The notes under the pieces: model-generated
Databases searched by the model: none
Told to the model about the DNA's origin: nothing
The model's input: the letters and a program-made list of their open reading frames with translations, nothing else
Made by a program: the position numbers and the translations under genes
Part shown: positions 27,296 to 39,625 of the stretch, piece by piece
How positions within the stretch are numbered: the stretch's first letter is position 1
How the letters are laid out: each line of letters opens with the position of its first letter
Source: Haliotis rubra
Lineage: Eukaryota
Direction: 5' to 3'
Assembly (NCBI RefSeq): GCF_003918875.1
Contig: NW_025767548.1
Coordinates: forward strand, 310,001-374,000
DNA length: 64,000 bases

Positions 27296-28468
27296 GTTTA
27301 GCATTCAATGGCATTAATGGAACGCACGTTTGCTTGACTGATGGCTAAAATGTACAAACTTATATCCTTTTTGAAGATTTCAAACGATGCAAAGTCAGAG
27401 TTAACTATAGGTGTTTATGATGACTTCTAATATTGGTACAACGTATTATGAACACTAGCATAAAGCTTGGATACCTTGTTTTGTGCTACGTCTTTATTAT
27501 GAATATATAGTATTATAGTTTGGCATGAAATGCATGTGGACCCGGTTTTTCGTAAATATCTCTTCATCCAATGACCCAATCGATCGCAAACTGTGCAAGT
27601 GGATGTTTTGTCAGACAACCTAATTACATTGTAAATCACCGATTTTATGCATTTGTATTAAAGAATCTGTCTATGTAACTGTCAACAAAATAAACAGCAG
27701 AACGCAGACTGCTTGCAGAGGGAGGGAGCCAATGACCTGTAACAGCGGCAGTGTTGGGTCATGAAGGTCAACGTTCGTCAATGTAGGTCAGCTATGCACG
27801 TGACAGGTATGAAGAGGTGTCACAGGTCGTGAATAGGGTAAGGTGGGTGCCAACTGTTAACCATCATACGGAGTTTGTTTCTCTGAGTTGTTCAACATTA
27901 ACCACAAAACCCATTAGTGAGAATTATTCTGTAGGTTAAAATCTTTAAATTTGTAATGTTAATGTCATATTTTGTTTATGCAGTACCTAAGTGGAAATGC
28001 ATGTAAAGAACACAGAAAGTATATTTACACTAAATCATTAATCGGACCACCTATGGTTAGAACTCAACAACTGTTAAAGCCCCGTTCCCTCGGACACAAG
28101 CACACACAATCATGCACACTCATTGAAGAAAAGATAGAATGAAGACAAAAGTGTTATGTTTTGTTGTCGTTCACATTGCAAATTAAGCAATGCATTTCTA
28201 ATAGCTTTAAGCATATAGATAGTTAATATTTATATTTTCATGATAATTTTATGTGAAATGAGTGTTTCATGTTACACTATAAGTCTTTGGAATTAGTCAG
28301 TGCTGTCATTGTTAAAAGAAGTTATATTTCTTTGAGCATATCTGGCTGGATACTATTATTATCTGTAAATATAATAACAGAATTAAACTTCATCAAGTTC
28401 GCTCCATTCTTCCACAGAGGAGTCATTAGTGTCCAGACGAATGACAACTGGATTAACTGTTTGCTCAA

Positions 28469-28680
28469 TCAAGCCATCTTTGAGCCAGTACTCTTTCTCA
28501 ACCTTCTTGACATGTTCAACACATGCATGCCAGCGTGCAATGTCAATGTCACATATAGCAGTGTTGAATTTGAATGATTGATTTTCCGGGCCACTGTACT
28601 TTTAAGGTCTCCCCAGATAAGTTCGATTGGGTTGAGATCACAGTGGTACGGTGGTATTGAACCGCAATAGTTTGGCAGTG
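28469..28680 (-). mobile_element. IS630/Tc1-like DDE transposase remnant
   Basis: PPYHCDLNPIELIWGDLK motif. Confidence 0.75.
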
Positions 28681-28920
28681 AGAAAAACATGCCTGTTGCT
28701 CGTGGTGTTGCTTTCAAAAGCGGATATTATAGGATTTGGGTCGTATATACCTTACATATATACATTCATATTCACCTGATATGCATGAGTCAGCTCAAAG
28801 TAATAATCGGTACAGCTAGGCAAGGGAATGTTCAAAATTTATGGCTGGGTGTGTATGTGTGTATATGCCATGTACAAAGTCAATGACGACACCTCTTGTA
28901 CATGTGAACAAAATTGATCT

Positions 28921-28922
<2 letters not shown>

Positions 28923-28976
<54 letters not shown>
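28923..28976. repeat. (CA)n microsatellite
   Basis: Seen directly. Confidence 0.95.
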
Positions 28977-28977
<1 letters not shown>

Positions 28978-29193
28978 CCCTAACATCATCACCCCCATTA
29001 AAGACATAAACTATTAACGGTTCCTATCACATTGGTTCTAACAAGTTTTGTGAATCTACTCGTGTAGAGGTCATGGTATGCACCAACAGTATGAAAGGAA
29101 GTGATAAGGTACATTGTATGTTGAATGACCGACTATTGTCAGGTGTATCAGCTTTATTTTAGTTCCCTGTATACAAAAGTGAGAAGCCATAGC

Positions 29194-32100
29194 TTAATAC
29201 ACAGGGCTTTGGGTAAAGTTAAATATATATAATTCAGTGAAGGAACCGTCAGTAATGAACATAGGCGTGTAGTTCTCCATGACGGCTGCAGATTCGGAAG
29301 CGACGTCAGGAAAGCGGTGCCGACTTTTTCGGGCTGTGGAACAGAAACGTATGAGTATGCAAAATGCTAAAAATATTCCAAGATCTAACATGTCACGAGG
29401 TTCCTAGACTAACGTTTAGTCCCTGAATATATATCATTGTGATTGTAGCCATTAAACCCATTTAAATTGAAAAGGAGCCCAAGTGAGAACAGAGATTCTG
29501 AGGAAATCTAGACTTGCTTCATTTAGGGCTTTAGCATTGCAGGGAGGGCTAAGCATTGGGGAAAATAATATGGTTCAGGGACTGTGAGACAGACTACGAG
29601 GTTCCTTACAGACACACTTTCAGGCCACACCTGCCCAGACCGTCCAGGTTTGCTTACCCTCGTTAACGAAGAAGTTGGCGAGGTACTGAGTGACGAGGAT
29701 GGCTTCCCGTGTGTGGTCGATGTCGGAGTTGGGATTCCAACCGTAGTTTATATCTTCCGGGTGCCACTGGGTGGCATAAAACGGGTATTTGAACGCTGGA
29801 AAAGACAGAACATTGGATCGTGAGATACAAATTCGGGAATTCTTTTCGTGTAACAGTTTGTTTGGTAGTATCAGCCATACATGCTCCTCACAGCGACATA
29901 ACCCATAATTCATTCGCGGAGCTCTCTACAACAGCTGCACTTCTCTAAGTTCTTCATGTAAGGAGCTCAGCTACAAAAATCATGTCATGACGACGAATAC
30001 TCCACCCCAGCTATTGAAATTAAACTTTTGGGGGCCAAAACAAAATTCTACATACTGGTTCTAGACGAAGGCTTAGATATATAAAATAATAGTCCAATTC
30101 AAATTGAAAATGAGCCTATGTTAGGTGTGTGATTCAGGCTGAATTTAGGAAATACCTAGACTTCTACGCTTCTAGGGCTTTGACATTGCACAAAGGGCTC
30201 GGCGGAAGGGAAAATAACGTGATACCGGCAACATTGAGACAGACTAGATTCGTGTCAGCTATGATACTGGGAGGGCAGAGATACCACAGAGTTTTATAAT
30301 CAGCTACATTTGTCACCACTCCCGTCTCCACAAGAAGGTTTTTGTCGACGGACGGCAGGAGTTGGTCTAAAGGGACACAACTCCTCACAGAGTGATGTTG
30401 TACCTTTGACCAAAGCTAACGCTTAGTCTCGGAATATATATAATTTTGATAGCAAGAAATAATCCCATTTAAACTGAAAAGGGGCCCCAGTGAGATAGGA
30501 GAACCTGAACCTGAGGAAATGTAGACTTGCTTCATTTAGGGTTTTAGCATTGCAGGGAGGACTAGGCAGTGAGGGAAATAATGTGGTTCAGGGACTGTGA
30601 GACAGACTACCTTTGAGTATTGTTCTACCAACACATTGGAATCAGTATTACACCTGCACGTCACTGTATCTATGACATTAATAATGTACGGGTGAAAGTG
30701 GTTTAGATACACACCTTCCATGGTGGACACGAACACCTTCCCTCCCCTGTCCTTGTTGGTTGACATGACCCGGTAGAAGTCACGGAGAGAGGGCGTGGTA
30801 CTGAATGTCTGACGGATAGGGTAACAGGAGAAATGTGTATGATTATTCATCATCCCAAACTGGCCTCCCAAGCAGATGCTTTGGTTTGGTTTGTTGTTTT
30901 ATGCCGCATTCAGCAATATTCCAGCTATATGGCGGCGGTCTGTAAATAATCGAGTCTGGACCAGACAATCCAGTGATCAACAGCATGAGCATCAGTCTAC
31001 GCAATTGGGAACCGATGACATGTGTCAACCAAATCAGCGAGCGTGATCACCCCATTCTGTTGGTCGCCTCTTACAAGCATGGGTTGCTGAAGACCAAGTC
31101 TAACACGCATCTTCACAGGTTGATATCGCTTGGCTTACATCAAACTATTTCCTAGGAGATACGAACTTGCACCACAATGCTCTCCAGACCATTGTAAGGT
31201 CGTCGGTAACCACAATGGTTTGCAGTTGTCACAATCAAATGACATAACTAATGTCTCCGCTACTGAAGCTGATAAACATGACCGAGGACACCAAACTAAT
31301 TATATTATTACAGTTTACATTCTGAAATTGTTGGAAGATTGCCGCTAGATGATAAACAGAATCTCATTTCTTGTTATGCCAGATATTTCAACACGTGACA
31401 CTCAGTATAGTTTAAATATAGAATACTACTAATCCACTACAGCTACAACACTGGGTGTTGGCAATAAGAACATGTTATTCTACCATGAATTGGGAATTTA
31501 CTCGATTGTAAAGTAAGTCAGAGGTATCAAATCACTTAACCCACCTCTGACTGAAACAGCAGATGCGACGGCTGCATCGCCGCTGTTACATAATAATATG
31601 GGATAACAATATGCTCATACAAAAGAACAACTTTCTAAGTCGTTATCTGTAGGCATTTAATTATGTAGTATAACTAAACTGCTGAGTTGTCTCAACGGTA
31701 GCGTGCGTGTGTGTGCGTGCGTGCAACAGTAATATACCTTCTCCATAACTCCCCAATGATGAAAATTTGGCGTGACTTTCTCCTTTGTGAGCGTGTTGAT
31801 GATGCTAGGACTGGCGTTGCCCAGCAACCGACTTTCCTTGTAGGCTGCAGGAAAAAACACAGCTCATAATGGGGAAGAACATGTTTTCAATCTGTTTCAG
31901 TTTCATAGGGTGAACAGTGGTATATGCTTCTAGTGACTGGTATTTTCGTCACTTTAACGTCATAGCTTGCACCAGATAGTTTTAATGTTACTATTGCTGT
32001 GAATCGGTAGTTCCACATCTTTGAGATGCAGGCTCCTATTTTGTCTTTGCATACCACATTGTAAACGGTTTTGAAATGATAGTGAGATGAAATAAAAGAC

Positions 32101-35100
32101 CTTTTCCCTGATTAAGAATGCTCAGGTTGATAATATTAGCTTCCACGGTAAATGTGGTTTACGCTGCTCTCAGCAATATTCTAAAATATCACGTCCAGGG
32201 ACACCAGAAATGGACTTCACGCAATGTACCCACGTAGGCAATCGAACCCGTTTCCCTGGCGTGATCTACGAACGCTTCAACCACTAGGCTACAGGAACAG
32301 GTGTGAAATATATCGTCAAGTATATGATTACCTTAATGTCCCTATTATGTAGCCAAGCACACTGAGCTTACCTGGCTTCAAGTCAAGCGCCATGCTAATG
32401 TTCTCGGCATCCGTTGGCACCAGGAAGTTGTGTCTGGCCGTCAGGTTGGTGAGGAGTTGGAAGCCCTGACAGGTGCCCCACATGGGGAAGAAATCCCCGG
32501 CGTCGTTAGCCTTGTAGAGACACAATACTACACAATCCGCTCCATTCCAAACCACTCACTCCATCATACAAATGAGTTTCATCAACACGGTCTCATAAAA
32601 CGGAAGCAGGCCATGAAACTCGCCCCAGTATGATTACTACACATTAGTTTACATTTAAAGTTTCTGTTGAAGGGAATATACACATGAGCATTGATTAAGC
32701 ACCACCTTAGTCAAAATCTATTTCCGAAAATAACGACAAACCCATGTCTGAAACTAACTGATCGCTTTTGGGATTAACGTGAGTGAATGAGTTTAGTTTT
32801 ACGCCGCACTCAGCAATATTCCACCTATATGGCGGCGGTCAGTAATAATTAAGTCTGGACCAGACAATCCAGTGACCAACAGCATGAGAGGCGATTTACG
32901 CAATTGGGATACGATGCCATGTGTCAAATAAGTCAGCAAGCCTGACCACCGGATCCCGTTAGTCACCTCTTACGACAAGAATGGGTTACTGAAGATCAAC
33001 TCTAACCCGGACCTTCACGGGTTTACCCTGAGTGAGAACTCCAGTTCAAAACACGCATGGACTGGCAAAGACAATGAACAAGGGATGGCATAGGTTCCCG
33101 ATGATGGAAACCAGGCGTATAATCAGGAGCATGAAGAGACGTCTCGGTAAGAGGTGAATACTCAAGATCTGGACTGTCGAGGCAGTGGTGATTCCTTGAC
33201 TGACACTATTCGTGTTCCACTGCATAACGTGACAGTTTCTGGTGGACTGTATGCTAATACTTTTCATCGATGTCGAAATGACCGTTTTCAGTATAGAGCA
33301 GGTAAGTCGGTTCTGATTGCAGGTGTCAGCTTCACTATGCATGTGATGGCATACCCAGGTGTCAGTCTGTCAGCTATTCAATCAACGACAGGTGTCAGTC
33401 TGTCAGCTTTCAATCAACGACACCAACCATTGCTTTAATGCTACACGTATCGGAAACATTAGGTAATGCCTATTTAATGCTTGGTCCCGATCCACAAACC
33501 GTTCGTAACTTTACGACCTGTCGTAACTCTATTTATCATAGGCTTACGAATGTCGTAGCCGTACGAATGTTTTGTTGATAGGGACCATGGTGTGTAATTA
33601 TCCTCAAGAATCTACAATGTCATGGCGGTAAAAGATCCGTTTTTAGGCGTACATGGCTTTCATCTGCTCTGCGCTATAAATGTAGTCATTCTCAATTGAA
33701 ATAATTAATCCAACAGATCAGAAACACAAATGGTCGTTAAGTTCATTCAACCCAAATTCTTCCGACTAATAGAGACATCTAACAAAGGGTTTCAACTACG
33801 GTTGCCCGTGATATTACCTCGACGACGATGTCGTATATGATCCTGGCGGCAGTGGCGAGGTAGCTGGAGGTCAGATTACGATCACCCCCGGGAAACAACA
33901 CCCTGTTATACAGAGGATAGTGAGTGATGCTGTTGTTATGCGTATATCGTATCTACTCCTGGCTATATCGTATCTTCAGGTCAGGTTCTTAACATATTGG
34001 CTACATCAAAGTTAAGGCAGGCAAACGTTTGTCAGCATGCAGGCAAATCTTTGTCAAAGGGAGTACTGTCAATGGTACGACCTCCGACCGTATAATACGA
34101 ATAGTCATTAAAAGAAGGCAGTTGTTGTTAACCAGCCTGGAATAGGTTTCACGAAAACAAACTTTAAAACCGATTCACCAGTTCATAACTAGATTTAAAA
34201 GACTGACTGACTGACTTTGGTTTTACGCCGCTTTTAGCAATATTCCAGCAACATCACGGCGGGGGATACCAGAAATGGGCTCCACACATTGTACCCATGT
34301 GGGGATTCGAACCCGGGTCTTCGGCGTAGATTTAAAAGAAGTATATACACCACTGGTCTATATTTTCGAAGCTCTCTTAGCGCTAAGATAGTCGTAAGTG
34401 CCATACATTAACATTAACTCACGACTATCCTAGCGCTATGAGAGCTTCGAAAATATAGGCCCTGATCTACTAACACACTGTAGTGCAATATAGAGCATGG
34501 TTGGTTTTATTACAGTGCCTATATTTCTTCTCACATTTTTAAAATATTTTTCATTAATTATTCATAACCACGGAAATCCGTATATGTGCAAGTAATGTGA
34601 GTGATTATAACCATTTGTTTCATTCAAATAATATTTATCAAAAGCAGTTGTTTAAAAAGACGTGTGAAAATTATTTATGCCATTTCTGTGTGCAATAATG
34701 TATTGTCGTGTGTATCATGAACGAAGTAACTATCATATAAGCCTGTTTTTCAGGGTCTAGTATACTCACCCATTGAGGCGGGACAGGAGAGTTTCATAGT
34801 ATTCTTTAGGTTGGTTGACTCTGTGGAAGGAACCAGAGTGAAATAGAACCTCACTATAGCATCCAGTAATCTGGCCATTTCATAACAACAGAAGGATTTT
34901 ATCCATACTGGGTGCACGTAAATCGGGTTACTCATACAAAACACCCGTGAAAATCCGGGTTAGAATTGGTCTTCCGCAACTCATGCTTGTTGTAAACGGG
35001 ATTGGGTGGTCAGGCTCGCTGACTTGGTTGACACGTAGGCGTCATCGTATACCAATTACGTAAATCGATGCCCATGCTGTTGATCACTCGACTATTTACA

Positions 35101-38100
35101 GATCGCCGCCACATACCTTGAATATTGATCCATGAACGTACAATCATGGGACCAACAGGCTTCAAGCATATGAACTCTATGGATGTACAGTCATTGGACC
35201 AACAGGCTTCAAGTATGTGAGCTCTATGGACGTACAGACATGGTCCCAAGAGGCTTCAAGTATATGAACTCTATGGACGTACAGACATGGGCCCAACAGG
35301 CTTCAAGTATATGAGCTCTATGGACGTACAGTCATGTGCCCAAGAGGCTTCAAGTATATGAACTCTATGGACGTACAGACATGGGCCCAACAGGCTTCAA
35401 GTATATGAACTCTATGGACGTACAGACATGGGCCCAAGAGGCTTCAAGTATATGAGCTCTATGGACGTACATACATGGTCCCAAGAGGCTTCAAGTATAT
35501 GAACTCTATGGACGTACAGTCATTGGCCCAACAGGCTTCAAGTATATGAGCTCTATGGACGTACAGACATGGTCCCAAGAGGCTTCAAGTATATGAACTC
35601 TATGGACGTACAGTCATGGGCCCAACATGCTTCAAGTATATGAGTTCTATGGACGTACAGACATGGGCCCAGTAGGCTTCAAGTATATGAGCTCTATGGA
35701 CGTACAGACATGGGCCCAACAGGCTTCAAGTATATGAACTCTATGGACGTACAGACATGGGCCCAATAGGCTTCAAGTATATGAGCTCTATGGACGTACA
35801 GACATGGTCCCAAGAGGCTTCAAGTATATGAGCTCTATGGACGTACAGTCATTGGCCCAACAGGCTTCAAGTATATGAGCTCTATGGACTTACAGACATG
35901 GTCCCAAGAGGCTTCAAGTATATGAACTCTATGGACGTACAGGCATGGGCCCAACAGGCTTCAAGTATATGAGTTCTATGGACGTACAGACATGGGCCCA
36001 ATAGGCTTCAAATATATGAGTTCTATGGACGTACAGGCATGGGCCCAACAGGCTTCAAGTATATGAGCTCTATGGACGTACAGTCATTGGCCCAATAGGC
36101 TTCAAGTATATGAGCTCTATGGACGTACAGACATGGTCCCAAGAGGCTTCAAGTATATGAACTCTATGGACGTACAGACATGGGCCCAACAGGCTTCAAG
36201 TATATGAGCTCTGTGGACGTACAGACATGGGCCCAATAGGCTTCAAGTATATGAGCTCTATGGACGTACAGACATGGGCCCAACAGTCTTCAAGTATATG
36301 GACTCTATGGACGTACAGACATGGGCCCAACAGGCTTCAAGTATATGAGCTCTATGGACGTACAGACATGGGCCCAATAGGCTTCAAGTATATGAACTCT
36401 ATGGACGTACAGACATGGGCCCAATAGGCTTCAAGTATATGAGCTCTATGGACGTACAGACATGGGCCCAATAGGCTTCAAGTATATGAGCTCTATGGAC
36501 GTACAGACATGGGCCCAACAGGCTTCAAGTATATGAGCTCTATGGACGTACAGTCATGTGCCCAATAGGCTTCAAGTATATGAGCTCTATGGACGTACAG
36601 ACATGGTCCCAAGAGGCTTCAAGTATATGAACTCTATGGACGTACAGTCATTGGCCCAACAGGCTTCAAGTATATGAGTTCTATGGACGTACAGTCATGG
36701 GCCCAATAGGCTTCAAGTATATGAGCTCTATGGACTTACAGACATGGGCCCAACAGGCTTCAAGTATATAAACTCTATGGACGTACAGGCATGGGCCCAA
36801 GAGGCTTCAAGTGTATGAGCTCTATGGACGTACAGACATGGGCCCGATAGGCTTCAAGTATATGAGCTCTATGGACGTACAGTCATGGGCCCAACATTCT
36901 TCAAGTATATGAGTTCTATGGACGTACAGTCATTGGCCCAACAGGCTTCAAGTATATGAGCTCTATGGACGTACAGCCATAGGCTTATTCCAATAGGCTT
37001 CAAGTATATGAGCTCTACAGACGTACAGTCATGGGCCCAACAGGCTTCAAGTATATGAGTTCTATGGACTACAGTCATGGGCCCAACAGGTGGCGCATCA
37101 CTGTGAGTATTGTTCAGGTATAGCAGTGAGTGTGTACGGTTTTACGCCGCTTTTAGCAATATTCCAGCTATATCACGGCGGGGGACACCAGAAATGGGCT
37201 TAACACATTGTAGCCATCTGGGGAATCGAAACGGGTCTTCGGCGCGACGAGCGAACGCTTTAACTACCTCACCACCCCAACGTGCGATGAATATCAAACA
37301 TGACCAAGATCGTGATCGCTGACATCGACAACACTGGTATAGCGACAAACCAAGGACTGTGTTCGGTCCGTAAAAGTAATCCGAGCGCAGCACAATCAAG
37401 GGACGCAACCGGCGCCAGCTATATACTCGGCTGAAGTTTCAAGGACTGGGTGACCTCACCTTACAGGCACTACCCTAGCTCCGGCCTGTTCCAGGAACTT
37501 GACGTATGTTGCGAGGATGTAGGTGTCGCCATATTGATGGTAGGAACCCGTGCTCTGGTCAACCAGCCCTAGACAGCACACAGAACCAACATATGTAATA
37601 TCAACACTAAAATTCTACTTCTAATCCCAACATGTAACACGTGTTATATTTATTATATCAGTAGTCATATCGTTGAAATATTCATGAGTTAAACAATAAA
37701 AAGATAAGCATATTCAAATGGGTAGGATTACAACGGTAGAAGCCCGAAGTATTAGTCCAAAGGCTTAAATGTTGATCACTAAGTGTTAAACACAGTGTTG
37801 GGTTCAGTCCCATCCTAAACGCAAGCACACAAAGTCAGCAGTCTAACCCACTCAGCCAACGCGGCTGGGTGGAACTCAACCCAACAAAAGTTCTAGAATC
37901 TGTACTTTACTGAGAAAGTGTCATCCTAAATATAACATGTGTTGACCACTTTCTAAATGCCATTGTGTATTCATAATCATAAACATATTTCTATGCCTTG
38001 TGTTTAACACTTAGTCATCAACATTTTAGCCGTTGGAGTAATCCTACCCACTTGAATAAACTTGTCTGTTTATTGTTTAACTCATGAATAATGACCGAAT

Positions 38101-38474
38101 CAGACAATAACGTGGTTGATATTATGAAAACAACGGACCACGCCTCAGGGTTGAGGTGACATGAAGTCAACCAAATCCCCAAGCTCGACCTCTTGCAACC
38201 AGCATGTACTATTAAGAACCAGTTTTAATTTGGAATCAATACGAGGTCACTTGGTTTCAAAGGTCAAACAACTGATTGAGGTAAATGTTTGCCAAAAGTG
38301 TTCAGTCATTGTACCCACTGACACGTCAAGGTCAAATAACTGATCACTGGGCCACAATTGATTTGTGATTTGGTAATATGGTTACTTACCAATAATTGGT
38401 CTATTGTTGAGGGGCAGGCAGGCCACATGAGTCGCCACCAGCAGGATACAAGCAGCTACCTGTACACAACCCAT
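29194..38474 (-). CDS. GGH: Gamma-glutamyl hydrolase paralogue C, 9 exons, complete
   Basis: Exons 38474-38390 (MGCVQVAACILLVATHVACLPLNNRPIIG), 37568-37460, 34820-34770, 33902-33818, 32510-32372 ([10 protein letters not shown]), 31844-31738 (NFHHW), 30808-30715, 29795-29658 (YPFYATQWHPED), 29333-29194. Same intron positions as paralogue B. Confidence 0.95.
29405..29596 (+). mobile_element. Same AcademH-like family, GGH-C intron 8
   Basis: TSD CGAGGTTCC at 29396-29404 and 29597-29605. Further copies at about 13888-14086, 30050-30247, 30412-30609 and a degenerate one at about 13634-13842. Confidence 0.75.
35125..37090. repeat. 43-bp minisatellite in GGH-C intron 2 (about 45 units)
   Basis: Unit CATGGGCCCAACAGGCTTCAAGTATATGAGCTCTATGGACGTACAGA-like. 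Unit length and count are approximate (43-47 bp). Confidence 0.95.
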
Positions 38475-39625
38475 ATTGACACAGTGGAAAAAGTGCTGTT
38501 ATCTGAGTCACGTGACATTACAGATAAGACGTGATATAGCAGCTTAGTGACAGACTGTCTATATGCATGTACATATAAACAGCAATATGTATTATATTAC
38601 CACACTGTAAAAAAATCTTTTATTCTTTTACGGTAAAAGTCCTGGCAACTGGGTTTCAGTACAAGTACCGTAAAACAATATTCATGGCGTTCAGAACTTG
38701 TTATCCATAAAATTTGTCAGTACTACTAAAATGCCACTCAAAGAAATTATTTCACGTTGGAATGAAAGTGCCGGCGGAATATGGGGAACGCAGAAAAACA
38801 TTACTGACAACGCTACCCCATACGTGTCACTGTAGCCGTCCCTCATTATTCAGCAGTCGCTGGGTCTGAAGCCGATATCTCTAGCATCTGCGTCTGGGAT
38901 CAGCTCGAATTTCAACGTCCACAGCTACTTCCACTACTGCCCAACGCGTTGCAGGAGGAATATATGGAAGATAATCAGGCAAGAATCCGGAGACGTATTC
39001 AATCTGTGACAAGGAGGTGTGGAGCAGTGATTACAACACAAGATGGTCACACCTGGTACTGATCGGAACGTCTCCATCGTGGACGGACGTATCTTGTGAC
39101 AGGACAATCAGTATTGTCGTTACGACTACAAAACTTGTGACTATCAGCATGCTAAGGTTCACCTTCGAATCAGTTAAATCCGACATGCTAATTTAAAAGA
39201 GCACAGTAAATATTTAAGTTAAATATTTAAGTGACCTCACATCCACCCGTATAATCCGGGTTAGGTCTTCAACCAGCCTTGCTTGTCTTACGATGTGACT
39301 GTGGTTATTGCGAGAGACTACTATTGAGATTGGGAAGCCAGACTCGCCGACTTGGTTGATGATGTAATCGTATCCAATTGGTAGATCGATGCTCCTCGTG
39401 TCAATCACAGGATATTTTGGGCTAGACTCGATTATTTACATCCCGCCATCATGTAGCTTGTATATCAGCGAGTGTGGCATAAGCAACAAACAAACAACAC
39501 TCAATTATAATTGAATTCAGGTTCGCACATGCTGATCCCGTTAAATGAGCGGGTTACTATATATACACCCACCACAAGCTGCTGTTTGTATAAATCTAAA
39601 TACTTTCTTCCTCGTCGTGGACGAT
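38475..39625. promoter_or_regulatory. Divergent upstream region shared by GGH-C and GGH-D
   Basis: ATGs about 1.15 kb apart. TATA-like TATAAA at about 39588. Contains a Tc1 remnant and a SINE. Confidence 0.5.
38640..39065 (+). mobile_element. Decayed Tc1 transposase C-terminal remnant
   Basis: DNATP(H)-like, VWDQL, LQEE and GHTWY-stop segments in broken frames. Confidence 0.55.

Noticed and set aside
35125-37090. CRISPR-like array
   Set aside because: Contiguous tandem units with no unique spacers, no cas genes, and a eukaryotic intron context. The same applies to the other arrays.
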